A program made the translations under genes and the position numbers. Below, piece by piece: positions 36,652-47,133 of a stretch of DNA of 64,000 nt (its first letter is position 1; each line of letters opens with the position of its first letter). This DNA is from an uncultured virus (IMG/VR IMGVR_UViG_3300022924_000206) (Duplodnaviria; Heunggongvirae; Uroviricota; Caudoviricetes): IMG/VR virus record IMGVR_UViG_3300022924_000206; one strand, 5' to 3'. Below the pieces are notes generated by a model. It saw only the letters and a program-made list of their open reading frames with translations, ran no database searches and was not told the DNA's origin.

Positions 36652-37098
36652 ATGAAGAAGTTTCTTGTTGAGCTCGTCAACCGTTCGGGCTTTCTCGCCC
36701 CGCTAGTCGGCGTGCTTGTTGTAGTGCTGGCTTTCGGCGGAATCGCACTTACCACCTTCGTCGGGGCTTCGGCTCCCGAGGTCACTGTAACCTCCGAGCC
36801 CGTGGTTGAGAAGACCGTTTCCGAAACCTCCGCGCCGGTCGTGGCTGAGCCTCACTGGGTTTCTTTCTCCACCTCCCTCGGCTATGGCCTCGTGTGTCTT
36901 TTTGAGACCGATTCACTCACCGAGTCTTCTCGTGAGTGTGTGCTCACCGAGGGCATCGAGGTCGGGGCTCTTGATCTCACCGAGGCGTTCTCTTCCGTGA
37001 CGCTTCTCACCACCGCCGACGGCGAGGTCCTTCACCTTACCTATGGTGCCGAAGAGGAGCTCTACGTGCCGATCGGTGATGAGTGGATCGCTGACTAA
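36652..37098 (+). CDS. Membrane-anchored/secreted protein
   Basis: N-terminal hydrophobic helix. Confidence 0.6.
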   Translation: MKKFLVELVNRSGFLAPLVGVLVVVLAFGGIALTTFVGASAPEVTVTSEPVVEKTVSETSAPVVAEPHWVSFSTSLGYGLVCLFETDSLTESSRECVLTEGIEVGALDLTEAFSSVTLLTTADGEVLHLTYGAEEELYVPIGDEWIAD

Positions 37099-37373
37099 TG
37101 ACCTCAGTTTTAACCGATGAGCTTCAGTGCTCTGCCCTTAGCGATTCAGCTGTTTCCTGTGTGAAGCCGCTTTATCGTTCGAGCGGCGGGGAGATTTGGG
37201 ACCATGCTGGAGGCCACGTTTTCGCCTCTCGTGAGACCATGGCCAAACTGGATACTTGGCACTACGATGCCGGAGCTCTGCTCGCTGGAGAGGCTACAAC
37301 CATGCACGCTCCGCAGGATTGTCCTGGTATCGAACTGTGTACTGCGGCTCCGCTACTCCTGAACCACCGCTAG
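37098..37373 (+). CDS. Hypothetical Cys/His-containing protein
   Basis: TAATG overlap with the upstream gene. Confidence 0.55.
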   Translation: MTSVLTDELQCSALSDSAVSCVKPLYRSSGGEIWDHAGGHVFASRETMAKLDTWHYDAGALLAGEATTMHAPQDCPGIELCTAAPLLLNHR

Positions 37374-37505
37374 GACCAATTGGTATCGAGATACCGTGGT
37401 CCACGCGTAGTTTCAATGTTTTATTGTGGTACCGGTTCTATTGAAACCACCGGACCGCATAATTTGGACCGATTTTGGTCCAAAGTAATAACCATGATTT
37501 GAGAG

Positions 37506-37841
37506 GTGAAACCAATGAGTGATGAACTGGACCAGGACATCCGCGAAGTGCTCTTGGAGGTAACCTCTGAGGCTATCGGTGGCGATTTGAGCTGGTGGAA
37601 CGATCTCGATAAGCTCGTTGAGCTCTACGATCTTAAAGAATTGGACCCACTAGCTTGGAATGCTCCGCTTGGCTCATTCCAGCGTGAAGTGTTTGAAATT
37701 TCCAATAGGGAATACATCAAAGCCCTTGCTCGCTGGGAGAAAATTTGGAGTATCGTGATTGGGAATCACCAAAAAGGAAACCCAGTCACCTACGAGATGA
37801 TTTCGGATATGCTCATCGTTAATGAGTTGAAAAAGGCTTAG
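37506..37841 (+). CDS. Hypothetical protein
   Basis: GAGG RBS. Confidence 0.6.
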   Translation: MKPMSDELDQDIREVLLEVTSEAIGGDLSWWNDLDKLVELYDLKELDPLAWNAPLGSFQREVFEISNREYIKALARWEKIWSIVIGNHQKGNPVTYEMISDMLIVNELKKA

Positions 37842-37873
37842 CTGTAAGAGCTATTTAAAGCCTCGTGGGAGGT

Positions 37874-37959
37874 CACCAGTTCGATTATGGTCGACTTTTG
37901 AGGCGTTTATGTAACGTTGTGTGGTCATCATCCTTAGCCGCTTAGAAGCGATTCTAGCG
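37874..37959. repeat. ~87-bp inverted-arm intergenic element, copy 3
   Basis: Shares the exact 14-mer GTAACGTTGTGTGG with copy 2; ends TTAGAAGCGATTCTAGCG. Confidence 0.55.
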
Positions 37960-37982
37960 CTCAACTTCTGAACAGAAAGACA

Positions 37983-38666
37983 ATGATAGTGAATCAAATA
38001 CTTCCCACCCGGGATCATTTGTCCACGGATGGTCTATTCAATCTGGTCCATGAGATCGGAAAGGTTGAGCCCGAGGATAAAGAACTTGTGATTAGGATTA
38101 AACTGATTGATCTTTCCAACGATGAAATCAATAAATCTCTTCGGAGCCTCCTAATCCATCTTCTCGCAAAAAGTGAAGAAAATCGTTGGCGCGGAGACCC
38201 GATCACCAACACCTTCTCTTCAGCCCTTGAATTCCTAGGTAATGAAATGGGTGGTATTCTCGCGGTGGAGGAGAATTGGAAATATTTCACTTTAGAGCCG
38301 CCGCAGAAGGAACAAAGTTCCGGCAAATTCCGAGGGGAGCTCAAGCGAGCCTGGTGGGGAAATAAGAGTGTTTCTTTCTTCTACGGAGGTCAGCCCTACG
38401 GTAAGAAATTCCATAGGGGAATCTTGAAAGGCTACACGGCTACCCATGCTCGCGTGCTTACTGAGAGCGGGGTTAGATGTTTTCATCTTTCAAAGATGTC
38501 CCATGTGAATTACAAAAAGTACTCAGTATTCTACTCGGCTAGAGTTTTGGTCCTTCGAACGGTAATCAAAAAAGGGAAAGCGACCCTCTTTGGAACGGTT
38601 GAGTACGAGCACAAGGAGCGAAAGCGTGCTCCCCTGGTGCTTAGCTTGAAAACTGCTTGGGGGTAA
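37983..38666 (+). CDS. Divergent WYL-like domain protein
   Basis: VSFFYG...FHRGIL...SGVRCFHLSKM. Confidence 0.5.
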   Translation: MIVNQILPTRDHLSTDGLFNLVHEIGKVEPEDKELVIRIKLIDLSNDEINKSLRSLLIHLLAKSEENRWRGDPITNTFSSALEFLGNEMGGILAVEENWKYFTLEPPQKEQSSGKFRGELKRAWWGNKSVSFFYGGQPYGKKFHRGILKGYTATHARVLTESGVRCFHLSKMSHVNYKKYSVFYSARVLVLRTVIKKGKATLFGTVEYEHKERKRAPLVLSLKTAWG

Positions 38667-38724
38667 GCCGATAGCGGTCTCATGGTAAGATATGCTTTTA
38701 TGATCGCGGAGGCCGCTTTAGTCC

Positions 38725-39528
38725 ATGGGTAATTTTAGTCTCAAAGCTAAGGTGATCGCCTACGGAGCCACCCTACGTGGTCGTCTTCGTCGGCCCAAAT
38801 TCTGGCTCGTGATCCTCTCGGCGGTACTTCTGTTCTCGCTAATCATAAACGTGGCGGCGCTCATTGGTGTGCGTTCAGTGATCGAACCTCCAGCCTCAGG
38901 TCAATTCGCAAAACTTCTACAGAAGGCGCCGATTGAAAAACCAACCAATGTGACCCAAACTCTCTTTGAGCACACGGTAGATGAGCTAAGTGGCGGTGTC
39001 GTCCCAGTGCTTCTCTTCCCGAACATGTCTCAATTCTGTGGTGACGATAGCGCTTTCGAGTTGAATATAGCTGCCTGTGTGGATAGATTCGATGCTACTT
39101 ACATCGCTGTTTCGGAGGAGCTCACTCTAGATTGGAATAAATCCTACCAATCGGCTCAGGAGGAGGGTCTCGACGCCGAGGCTGAGCTAATCAATCAATG
39201 GGAGCGCCACGTGGCTGCCCATGAGTTCGGGCATATTCTTCAATACAACTACCGCACCATCACCTTGCCTTTTCAAGAGAACTTTGAAAATGGCCTGCTC
39301 CATAGATCCAATGAGGATATGGCGGAGTGCTATGCTCAACTTCAGCAACCCCTAACGGATACCGTGGCTAAAAAAGAGGGGGATTATGTTGATCTCTCAT
39401 TCTACGGGTTCAAACAAAAACAGCGTTTTGCTCTTTGTACAGAAGATCAACTCCAGGTTATTCGTGATTGGTTAGCAGCTATTCCCTATCCCGAAGCCAA
39501 CAGGGTAGAAATTCCAATCGCAGATTAA
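38725..39528 (+). CDS. Membrane-anchored HExxH zincin-like protein (paralog of 43321)
   Basis: TM helix; AAHEFGHILQY, EDMAECYA. Confidence 0.7.
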   Translation: MGNFSLKAKVIAYGATLRGRLRRPKFWLVILSAVLLFSLIINVAALIGVRSVIEPPASGQFAKLLQKAPIEKPTNVTQTLFEHTVDELSGGVVPVLLFPNMSQFCGDDSAFELNIAACVDRFDATYIAVSEELTLDWNKSYQSAQEEGLDAEAELINQWERHVAAHEFGHILQYNYRTITLPFQENFENGLLHRSNEDMAECYAQLQQPLTDTVAKKEGDYVDLSFYGFKQKQRFALCTEDQLQVIRDWLAAIPYPEANRVEIPIAD

Positions 39529-39585
39529 CCGATAATTTGGTAAAATCTTTACGAATGCGTTACCTCTTTCAACGGTTGGGATCAT

Positions 39586-40053
39586 GTGATGATTGACGTT
39601 TATATTGTTATCCACAGAAGCACCTGGGAGGGCTACGATGTTTCGGTTGAGCGCTTCGATTCATATAAGAAGGTCGTTGAGCGTTTGACTAAACTTCTTC
39701 ACACTAGTGGCCAATCGGTCTCGGATGTTTTTGATTTCTCTGAGCACAACGGTGTTTGGCCTTTGGCCGTGGTGCAGAAATACTTCGGCGCCGTCGCCAA
39801 GGATTACAACTTTGTCAATGAGCTGTTCGTGAACAAAAGCAACTATGTTGGCCACGAAAAGATCTCTGTCAAGGCGGTTGATGAAGGCTCGGCAAGAGAT
39901 GCTTGGTTAGTGTTTCAATTTCAGAAGCGACTATTCAAACTCAAGGGGACTCGCAACGGAAACTATGTTACTTGGGATAAAGTTTCAAACTTGACAGAAG
40001 TTGAAGAGACGGTTGTTACTGGGCCCGCTGTTTCCGTGTTCAACGAAAAATAA
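39586..40053 (+). CDS. Hypothetical protein
   Basis: 155-aa ORF in the + strand run. Confidence 0.55.
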   Translation: MMIDVYIVIHRSTWEGYDVSVERFDSYKKVVERLTKLLHTSGQSVSDVFDFSEHNGVWPLAVVQKYFGAVAKDYNFVNELFVNKSNYVGHEKISVKAVDEGSARDAWLVFQFQKRLFKLKGTRNGNYVTWDKVSNLTEVEETVVTGPAVSVFNEK

Positions 40054-40097
40054 CAGAAATGGTTGAATCCTAAGGCTTCTGGGTATACTATTGTCTT

Positions 40098-40394
40098 ATG
40101 ACAACCCGCGAGAACGCCCAGGCCCTTGACGCTCAGCTCACCCAGTGCCTCACCGTGGTAAACGGCCTCCTCTACGGAGAGACCTTCGGAGCTACCGAGC
40201 TCGTCTCTGTTCGTGTGTATCTGAGCATGGCAATCGGCATGACCGCCGGTTTCGCTCCGATTCAGTCAGCTTACAACACTTTCGCCTACGCCGAGGCCGT
40301 TGCTGGCGCTTCCACGGTGGATGAGCTCGCTTCGGTGCAGCGTGCCATTTTCGATGGAGCCTACGCTCATTTGAATGCTGCTCTTTATGCATGA
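40098..40394 (+). CDS. Hypothetical protein
   Basis: TTGAAT-17-TATACT promoter just before ATG (leaderless-like). Confidence 0.6.
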   Translation: MTTRENAQALDAQLTQCLTVVNGLLYGETFGATELVSVRVYLSMAIGMTAGFAPIQSAYNTFAYAEAVAGASTVDELASVQRAIFDGAYAHLNAALYA

Positions 40395-40538
40395 GTGACT
40401 GAACTGCTCGACTCTTTGAGCTAGCCCACTATTGCGTCACTTTGTCGCAATATTTGTCGTGATACCTACTTTCGTTGACTAGTGAAAGTAATCCTCCAAT
40501 GAAAGTAGGTATCATTGATGTGAGAGGGGTTATAGCGA

Positions 40539-40883
40539 ATGCGTAATTTAGTCAAACACGGTGATGGTTACATAAACCTTGAAGAAGTTTCTAAGTTTGA
40601 TCTTGTGGAACAGCAAGTAACTGGCTTATATCGAGATCTCTATGGTGAGAAACGCCAGGTGCTTTACTACCTCTACTACAAAGGTGAAACCTCCCCTAAG
40701 ATTTCGATCAATAAAAAAGACGCTCCCGATGCTTTTTACATAATCGAGGACTGGATTAAGGCTCATACCATTAGGCCTCGCCAGCGACCGGTTACTGCGG
40801 AGGATGCGGAATCAGAAGACGACGGCGGAAGTGCGCTTGTGGATAGATTATTAGCTGATCTTGAGGAAGAAGATTATGAGTAA
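40539..40883 (+). CDS. Hypothetical protein (paralog of 63726-63992)
   Basis: MRNLV...INLEEVSKF...AFYIIEDWIKAHTIRPR. Confidence 0.65.
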   Translation: MRNLVKHGDGYINLEEVSKFDLVEQQVTGLYRDLYGEKRQVLYYLYYKGETSPKISINKKDAPDAFYIIEDWIKAHTIRPRQRPVTAEDAESEDDGGSALVDRLLADLEEEDYE

Positions 40884-41469
40884 CTCCGTTGAGAGCCTAT
40901 TCAGTGGCAACAAAACAACCATAATCGCTAAGGTTGGTCATGAGCCTAGGATTTACACCGTGGGCTGGGGCGAACCTCCCACCTATTACAGCGAATGCAC
41001 CTGCGGCTGGCGTGGACGCACTATTGAGACCAACGTTCCTGAAATGTTGATCGCTCCGCTAAAAGAGCTAGTAAGACTCCATGGAGACGAGGCCGTCCTC
41101 GGGCCCGATGCTGTTTTTGGTACTGGCCGCTCAGCCGTGCGTGAAGTACTCGCACATCTTGACCTCCCTCTTGACAAAATCATCTCCTCGACTCGTAAAG
41201 AGATAAATGAACTGAGCAGTAATCTAGGAACAGCGGAGGCATGGAGATTTGATTCATCCGGGGCCCTGCAAAAGAAATTAGCTGATTTGGATCTCCTTAT
41301 AAAAGTGAAGGTTTTTATGGAGATCGAACCATTGGCGACTAGAGCGGTGCCTTTCGATGAATCAGTTTATGTTGAGGTTCAAAAAGCGATTCAATCTCTA
41401 CATATTCGCATTCCTGAGTCGGATGCCGAGGTAGCTGAAGTGCTTAGAGATTTAGGGATTGACGGTTGA
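40876..41469 (+). CDS. Hypothetical protein with H...CxCGW motif
   Basis: GHEP...ECTCGWRG...H putative metal site. Confidence 0.6.
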   Translation: MSNSVESLFSGNKTTIIAKVGHEPRIYTVGWGEPPTYYSECTCGWRGRTIETNVPEMLIAPLKELVRLHGDEAVLGPDAVFGTGRSAVREVLAHLDLPLDKIISSTRKEINELSSNLGTAEAWRFDSSGALQKKLADLDLLIKVKVFMEIEPLATRAVPFDESVYVEVQKAIQSLHIRIPESDAEVAEVLRDLGIDG

Positions 41470-41900
41470 CATTAGCTCCTATTATTCGCGCTTTCAATAT
41501 GAATGATGCCGCGGCAGCAAAAGCTCTTTATCTGCGTTCCTGGAGTGAATTGTGTATTAGGCTCGGTATTGATGTCACCACCGTGGATACCTCCGATTGG
41601 GTCGTAACCGCCGACTGGGTAGCCGTGGGAGATTCCGGTAAACTTCTAGGTTTTGTTCTACTCAAGGATAAGCTCATTGATCGTCTTTACGTGGATGTAG
41701 ATGAACAAAGAGCCGGGGTGGGAAAACTTCTCATGGCGAAAGCCATGGCGGAAGGTGGAAATCATCTCTGGGTAGACGAGGGAAGCTCCCGAGGACGGGC
41801 GTTCTATGAAAGCCTAGGCTTCGCGTGGAGTGGAGTCACTAAATCCGGTTATAACTTCCCACAGTTCACCATGCTCGAGTACCGACTCGGTTCGGCCTGA
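41466..41900 (+). CDS. GNAT-family N-acetyltransferase
   Basis: LLGFV, RLYVDVDEQRAGVGKLL, AFYESLGF. Confidence 0.85.
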   Translation: MTLAPIIRAFNMNDAAAAKALYLRSWSELCIRLGIDVTTVDTSDWVVTADWVAVGDSGKLLGFVLLKDKLIDRLYVDVDEQRAGVGKLLMAKAMAEGGNHLWVDEGSSRGRAFYESLGFAWSGVTKSGYNFPQFTMLEYRLGSA

Positions 41901-41903
41901 ACC

Positions 41904-41948
41904 AACTAAAAAGGTGAGGATCTCAAACGGATCCTCACCTTTTTAGTT
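41904..41948. terminator. Bidirectional terminator
   Basis: AACTAAAAAGGTGAGGATC...GATCCTCACCTTTTTAGTT. Confidence 0.8.
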
Positions 41949-41953
41949 TACGG

Positions 41954-42301
41954 TTAGTAGGTAGCCGCGTAGGCAGGCGGGTTCACCACGAGGGCGGCGA
42001 ACTTGTGGCTCTCCCCGTTGTAATAGTGACCGGTGTAGTGGGAGCCCTCTCGAGAGAAGTAATCGTAGACACCGAAGGTGAGTGAATCCTGCGAAAGGCT
42101 CGACTCATCAGCATCTTCATAGGTGAAGTCGTTACCACCGTTGGAGGCGTGCTGACTACCGTTCACATCATCGTTGGTCGCCGTAGGTGTGAGAATGGAG
42201 CTGTGAGCGTCGATGGAGTACTCGCTCTCGAGGATGTCGATGAGCTGATGCTTCACATGGCTCGGCACCTCACGTGAGGTGAGAGCGTCAATGATGTCCA
42301 T
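41954..42301 (-). CDS. Hypothetical protein
   Basis: 115 aa; host-like codon usage. Confidence 0.6.
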   Translation of the reverse strand: MDIIDALTSREVPSHVKHQLIDILESEYSIDAHSSILTPTATNDDVNGSQHASNGGNDFTYEDADESSLSQDSLTFGVYDYFSREGSHYTGHYYNGESHKFAALVVNPPAYAATY

Positions 42302-42304
42302 TGT

Positions 42305-42442
42305 TTAATCTTCTTTCGGTTCGTCGCATGAGGCGGGGCACGCTTGAATTGTAATCGTCTTATCCTTCGCGGGACAGCGGCACTGAGTCAAAATGATTCC
42401 GTGCTTACACTTCACTATTGAATGACTGGTAGTTGAGAGCAT
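42305..42442 (-). CDS. Small Cys-rich protein (45 aa, not in ORF track)
   Basis: MLSTTSHSIVKCKHGIILTQCRCPAKDKTITIQACPASCDEPKED; AAGG RBS; abuts the next gene. Confidence 0.5.
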   Translation of the reverse strand: MLSTTSHSIVKCKHGIILTQCRCPAKDKTITIQACPASCDEPKED

Positions 42443-42594
42443 TATGCTTTACCTTTATTTAGTGAATCATGGAATAGCCACTCTATAACATGGCATTCCA
42501 CAAGTCAATAATTGTTTGAAACAAGTGTCAACACTAGTTGATCGCTCAACAAAACTAACGTAGTATACTTACATAGTTTAGTTAGGATACTTCC

Positions 42595-42966
42595 ATGGGA
42601 TTCTCAGATTTTCGTGCTCAGCTCGTTCAGATCATCCATGACCGTGATGACATGCCCTTAGAGCGAGTGAAAGCATTCTCCCGCAAGCGTTTCTGGGCCT
42701 ATAGAGCCATCGCGGCTGGGGAACTCACCGGAGAAGATTTGAGCTTCTTGATCGAGGTTGAGAAGGAACCGGCGGTGATTCGTCAGCTCGGGTTCAATCC
42801 AGATGCCACTAGCGAACATCTTGAGAGACTAGCTGATCTTTGGCTAACCGATCCTGCTGTCATCGAGAGCAACGGTAATTTCGCGGATCTTCGCTACGCT
42901 ATCGCCATGCATGAGAACGTCTCCGATGAACTCCGTAGGAAAATCGCGCCGGATTGGAAGTTCTAA
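42595..42966 (+). CDS. Helical-repeat (LRV-like) protein
   Basis: NPDATSEHLERLA; TATACT promoter. Confidence 0.6.
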   Translation: MGFSDFRAQLVQIIHDRDDMPLERVKAFSRKRFWAYRAIAAGELTGEDLSFLIEVEKEPAVIRQLGFNPDATSEHLERLADLWLTDPAVIESNGNFADLRYAIAMHENVSDELRRKIAPDWKF

Positions 42967-43020
42967 ACTTTTAGCGGTATTATTTCCTTGAACTAAAGTA
43001 GTTTTTGGGAAGGTGACACG

Positions 43021-43311
43021 ATGAACAACGAGACTGCCATTATGGCTGATCCTGAAAGAGCAGCGGCTCTAGTCAACCTTCGATTACAGTTCTACGGCCT
43101 CGCGGTGGTGAACAGCTTAGCATTTGCCTTCATCGGCATGCTTATACTTGCCGCAGTGTTTCCACTCATAGGATTACGAGCCGCCGAAGGATCAACGTTT
43201 GCGGAAAATCCGACGGAGGGATTCACCACACTCATCATCACCGCTATTGTTTTTAGCTTATTCGCTTTGATCCTCGATATTCGACACATTCGCGAGTATA
43301 GACGTATCTAA
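43021..43311 (+). CDS. Small membrane protein (2 TM)
   Basis: Hydrophobic segments. Confidence 0.6.
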   Translation: MNNETAIMADPERAAALVNLRLQFYGLAVVNSLAFAFIGMLILAAVFPLIGLRAAEGSTFAENPTEGFTTLIITAIVFSLFALILDIRHIREYRRI

Positions 43312-43320
43312 GGAGCTCCG

Positions 43321-44127
43321 GTGAGCAGTGAGTCCACTGAAGAGGTAGTTACCACCCGGTGGCCCATTCTAAGAGCTTTTCGTGAGCGTTTGAAGAGTCC
43401 TAGGTTTTGGATACTACTACTTTCATTCTCTTTAGCCACCGCAATTCTAATCGCCGGTGTTGCTCTTGCTGGGGTGAAAAACCTAACAACCCCTCCTGCG
43501 GTTGGTGAGTTTAGTAAAGTGCTCTTAGGTGAGCCACAAGTGAGCCCAACCAACATTACTGACACACTCTTCGAAGACACGGTGGATAAGCTTAGCGGCG
43601 GCGGAATTCCTGTACTACTATTTCCCAATTCCACTAATTTCTGTGGTGACAATGAAGAGGAGTGGGATAAGGGTTTACGGAGCGGTGCCTGTGTTGATCC
43701 GTTCAATCCAACCCACATAGCTCTTTCCGAGGAGCTCTCTCAAAACTTCGATAGGAATTACTTCGCTGCTCTAGAGGCCGGATTAACACCTGAAGCTGAA
43801 CTTATAAATCAGTGGGAGCGACACATTGCTGCCCATGAATTTGCCCATGTGCTTCAGTACAATTTTCAAGAGATCTCACTTCCCTATGAGAAATCCTTTG
43901 AGGGTGGTTTCCTCGGAAGAACATATGAGGATATGGCCGAGTGCTATGCTCAACTTCTCTATCCCATGAACGATGAGATCGCCAGTAAAAATGGTGAACA
44001 GTTCTCGGTTGAGTTCTACAACTTCCCAGAGGCCGAGCGTTTCGCACTTTGTACACCGAAACAGCTCTCCACAATAGAGAAGTGGCTTCAGGCAATTCCG
44101 TATCCGCAGGGTGTTCATACTAACTAA
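43321..44127 (+). CDS. Membrane-anchored HExxH zincin-like protein (paralog of 38725)
   Basis: AAHEFAHVLQY, EDMAECYA. Confidence 0.7.
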   Translation: MSSESTEEVVTTRWPILRAFRERLKSPRFWILLLSFSLATAILIAGVALAGVKNLTTPPAVGEFSKVLLGEPQVSPTNITDTLFEDTVDKLSGGGIPVLLFPNSTNFCGDNEEEWDKGLRSGACVDPFNPTHIALSEELSQNFDRNYFAALEAGLTPEAELINQWERHIAAHEFAHVLQYNFQEISLPYEKSFEGGFLGRTYEDMAECYAQLLYPMNDEIASKNGEQFSVEFYNFPEAERFALCTPKQLSTIEKWLQAIPYPQGVHTN

Positions 44128-44200
44128 CCTATTGTGTCTTAGGTTCTTTTTGTGTTACTATTTAGGTATATAGCTCTATTCTTTCACCTTAAGGATTATC

Positions 44201-44476
44201 ATGGCCTCGAAGTCGATTAGTCGCCTAAAGAACTTCTCCAACGTGGAGGAAGTGTTTGACAAGCTTCTTGAGCTCGGCTTCTTTCCGGATGACGCTGCCC
44301 GCTCTAAGGCAGTGGAGGCTCTCCCTAGTCTCCACGAGCACCGTTTTACCAACGGAGATGTGTCTATCAAGGTTTTCCGTAACCTCTTCGGCTCCTACGA
44401 GCTTTGCAATTTCTACGAGGCTACATCCCCTGAGCTCGAGGAGCTCTTCGCGGTGGCTAAGCTTCCGAAGCTCTAA
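44201..44476 (+). CDS. Hypothetical protein
   Basis: AAGGA RBS. Confidence 0.6.
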   Translation: MASKSISRLKNFSNVEEVFDKLLELGFFPDDAARSKAVEALPSLHEHRFTNGDVSIKVFRNLFGSYELCNFYEATSPELEELFAVAKLPKL

Positions 44477-44730
44477 TGGCTCGTAAGATCGCGGTGCTAC
44501 GGCACGGCATTCAGGTGAACCTCGAGCTTGTTGAGGCTTTTAACCTCTTCGGGGATAAAGTGGGCTTCCGTGGCTGTCTTATGAAATTCCCCGGCCGTAC
44601 GGTTGAGGTCTACGAGAGCAGTGATCCTGAAGGGTACGAGGTTATTCTCAATTGGCTCAAGCTGAATAGATTACATGTCCTGAATAAGAAATCACCAGCT
44701 AAAATAGCTGATGTGATATGTCTCCCATGA
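44476..44730 (+). CDS. Hypothetical protein (distant paralog of 40539)
   Basis: HGIQVNLELVEAF...PEGYEVILNWLK. Confidence 0.55.
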   Translation: MARKIAVLRHGIQVNLELVEAFNLFGDKVGFRGCLMKFPGRTVEVYESSDPEGYEVILNWLKLNRLHVLNKKSPAKIADVICLP

Positions 44731-45050
44731 AATGGGACTGGACCGCCGAACGATTTGAAAACTCTCTAAAGGTCTCATTGACCAACACGGGGAACCTTCC
44801 GCAGTTACTAAGTATTAGTTTTGTCACTAGTGTAACTTTCTGCCATAGCGAGGGGAAAGATTTCCAAATATTCCTCGATTCATCTACACCGTGGGCTAAC
44901 CCTGGTGACACTGTGGACCTCAGGATCGAATTGAGTTCCCCGCTAAGTGAGTATCCCGAAAGGGCGGCTTTAAAACTTATCCTAGTCTCATTGGATGACA
45001 GTGCTCCCTACGGGATAGTTGTCCCTTTGGTTGAATCAGAAAGTCAATAG
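44718..45050 (+). CDS. Hypothetical protein
   Basis: Overlapping coupled ORF. Confidence 0.5.
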   Translation: MSPMKWDWTAERFENSLKVSLTNTGNLPQLLSISFVTSVTFCHSEGKDFQIFLDSSTPWANPGDTVDLRIELSSPLSEYPERAALKLILVSLDDSAPYGIVVPLVESESQ

Positions 45051-45121
45051 GCTGTTCATCAGAGCGTAATCTTCTCACGGTACAATCCACTAAGTTTAGT
45101 TTTGCTAGAGAGGAGTCGCTC

Positions 45122-46312
45122 ATGAGTATCGGCAAGTTGAAAGTGCTGTCCCTGTACGAAGGATTTTTCGTTGGCGGAGCGCGCATTATTCACTCGGAGA
45201 CACTCAAAGCTCTTCATCTAGAGGGCCAGGAACACAGCGTTCTTTCACTCACCAATAGGTTGGTGAAAGAGGCCGGGATCCAGTGGGCCCATGAGAATTT
45301 TCTTTGGCAATCACTCACAGAGGCCGGTGTCACTCTCTATGCTCTAGACCGCGATGGTTCCTCACCACTCACTGAAGAGGAATTGGCCTTCGCTGAACAG
45401 CTCATCGAGGACGCGGATGTGGTTTGGGCATTGAAAGAGCAATCCCTAGAAGGTTTACAGAGTGTTTTGAAAGAAACCAAGCCTCTCGTGGTTAGCCTCC
45501 ACCGAAGTGATCCTGAAAATCAAGGTGCAGGGCCAAGTACTCTCCTAGGCTTCCAAGAGGCCGCAAAGTTGAAAACGTTAGTATTCTGTGCCGAAGCTTC
45601 AAAAGATGCCTACGGCGCCGTAGGTTTGAAAGAGGAGCTCTTCGCGGTTATTCCCAACGGGATCTCACTGAGTAGATTCAAACGTGATGACGAGGCGAGA
45701 GTCCGAGTGAGAGATGAGCTCGGTATCGCGGAGGACGCTCCGACCGTTATGCTGGCCGCTCGTTTCGATGCCATGAAGAACGTTCCTCTATTTTTACAGG
45801 CGGCAGCTCAATTCCTCGCGATGGAACCTAGAGCTCAGTTTATCCTGTGTGGCACCGGTTTGACTTGGGAGAACAAAGATTTTCGTGAGACCGTCAACGA
45901 ATTCTTCGGTGAGTTCAATCAAGAGCATATTCATCCACTGGGGGTTATTCTTCCTATGGAGGAATACTACAGTGCTACGGACATTATAGCCCTCACCTCG
46001 GCCTGGGGTGAAGCTGCTCCCCTGTGTCTTTTAGAGGGGATGGCCTGCGGCGCTGTGCCGGTCGCCACGGCGGTGGGCGACACCTCTATTCTAGTGGCTA
46101 GCGAGGGGCTCATAGTAGAGCCGATCCCCGAAGCTGTGGCTGCTGGCTGGGGAAAAGTATTCAATGAGCTTCCGGAGTTTCAGGAGCGAGTGCGAATTAG
46201 ACGCGAAACATTGAGCAACCAGCTCATGGTCACAAGTTATCGAGCTCTCTTCGAGACTGTTACGAGTCCGATCAAAATAATTACCGATGAAATGCTTGCG
46301 GAATACTCGTGA
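45122..46312 (+). CDS. Glycosyltransferase family 4 (GT-B)
   Basis: GGARIIH, VIPNGI, ARFDAMKN, SAWGEAAPLCLLEGMACG..PVATAVGD. Confidence 0.88.
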   Translation: MSIGKLKVLSLYEGFFVGGARIIHSETLKALHLEGQEHSVLSLTNRLVKEAGIQWAHENFLWQSLTEAGVTLYALDRDGSSPLTEEELAFAEQLIEDADVVWALKEQSLEGLQSVLKETKPLVVSLHRSDPENQGAGPSTLLGFQEAAKLKTLVFCAEASKDAYGAVGLKEELFAVIPNGISLSRFKRDDEARVRVRDELGIAEDAPTVMLAARFDAMKNVPLFLQAAAQFLAMEPRAQFILCGTGLTWENKDFRETVNEFFGEFNQEHIHPLGVILPMEEYYSATDIIALTSAWGEAAPLCLLEGMACGAVPVATAVGDTSILVASEGLIVEPIPEAVAAGWGKVFNELPEFQERVRIRRETLSNQLMVTSYRALFETVTSPIKIITDEMLAEYS

Positions 46313-46364
46313 AATAAAGTCACCGGTTTAGTGTATAATTGATAGGACCATAAGAGGAGCTATC

Positions 46365-46832
46365 ATGGAACCGATCCCGAGCAATTACACCTATGAACTA
46401 GGTGAGAACGGTCGTTCCATCTCTGTCACCGGAACAAGTGATCTCGGTCAAGAGGTTCGTCTATTCATGGAGTGGAACACCGCCGAACTCATGGATAAGA
46501 ATCTTTCAAAGAGTCTCTCTTCCATAGAAAAGGCCATCGCTAACTTTGCCCCGCAGGATCAGAACGTTGCGGGAGACGCCGCTCCGGGAGCCTCCTCAAA
46601 CATCAAGCGATTCAACCTGCCTTTCGGTCGCAAGCTCTCCTACAGTCATTTCAAAAACCACGAATACGATGAAGCGGCCTTAGTTCTCGGACCAATCAAA
46701 TTCGTTGTGCAGCTCACGGCTGCCGGAACTCTTCGTTGGAAAACCCTCACTGTGAAAAAGAGAGAGCCGAAAGAGAACATAACCCTCGGAATCGGTGGCG
46801 CCCGTAGCGCATGGTTCATCGCACTTAGCTAA
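46365..46832 (+). CDS. Hypothetical protein
   Basis: TATAAT promoter; GAGGAG RBS. Confidence 0.6.
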   Translation: MEPIPSNYTYELGENGRSISVTGTSDLGQEVRLFMEWNTAELMDKNLSKSLSSIEKAIANFAPQDQNVAGDAAPGASSNIKRFNLPFGRKLSYSHFKNHEYDEAALVLGPIKFVVQLTAAGTLRWKTLTVKKREPKENITLGIGGARSAWFIALS

Positions 46833-46857
46833 ATAAAAGCTCCGATAGAACGTTCTT

Positions 46858-47133
46858 ATGAACGTCACTATTGAAGCGATTGAGCTGGAGTCTCTCCTAG
46901 AGGAATCGTCTCTACAGTGCCTGTGTAATCATCGCAGTAATCCGCTAGTGCCTGGAAATCATTACCTCGACGGAATCAACCATGAAGATGGAAATTCTTG
47001 TGAAGGCAATGCCGTGTGGATTTGCTTTGAAGCTGAAGCGCGTGAGAATAAAAGGCCGGTGTATCTCTGTGAGGACTGCATGAGGTTCTGGCATGCGCCT
47101 CCGTTTAGCCTGCTAAGGGAACCTCTTAAATAA
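46858..47133 (+). CDS. Small Cys-rich (zinc-binding?) protein
   Basis: CxC...C...LCEDC. Confidence 0.55.
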   Translation: MNVTIEAIELESLLEESSLQCLCNHRSNPLVPGNHYLDGINHEDGNSCEGNAVWICFEAEARENKRPVYLCEDCMRFWHAPPFSLLREPLK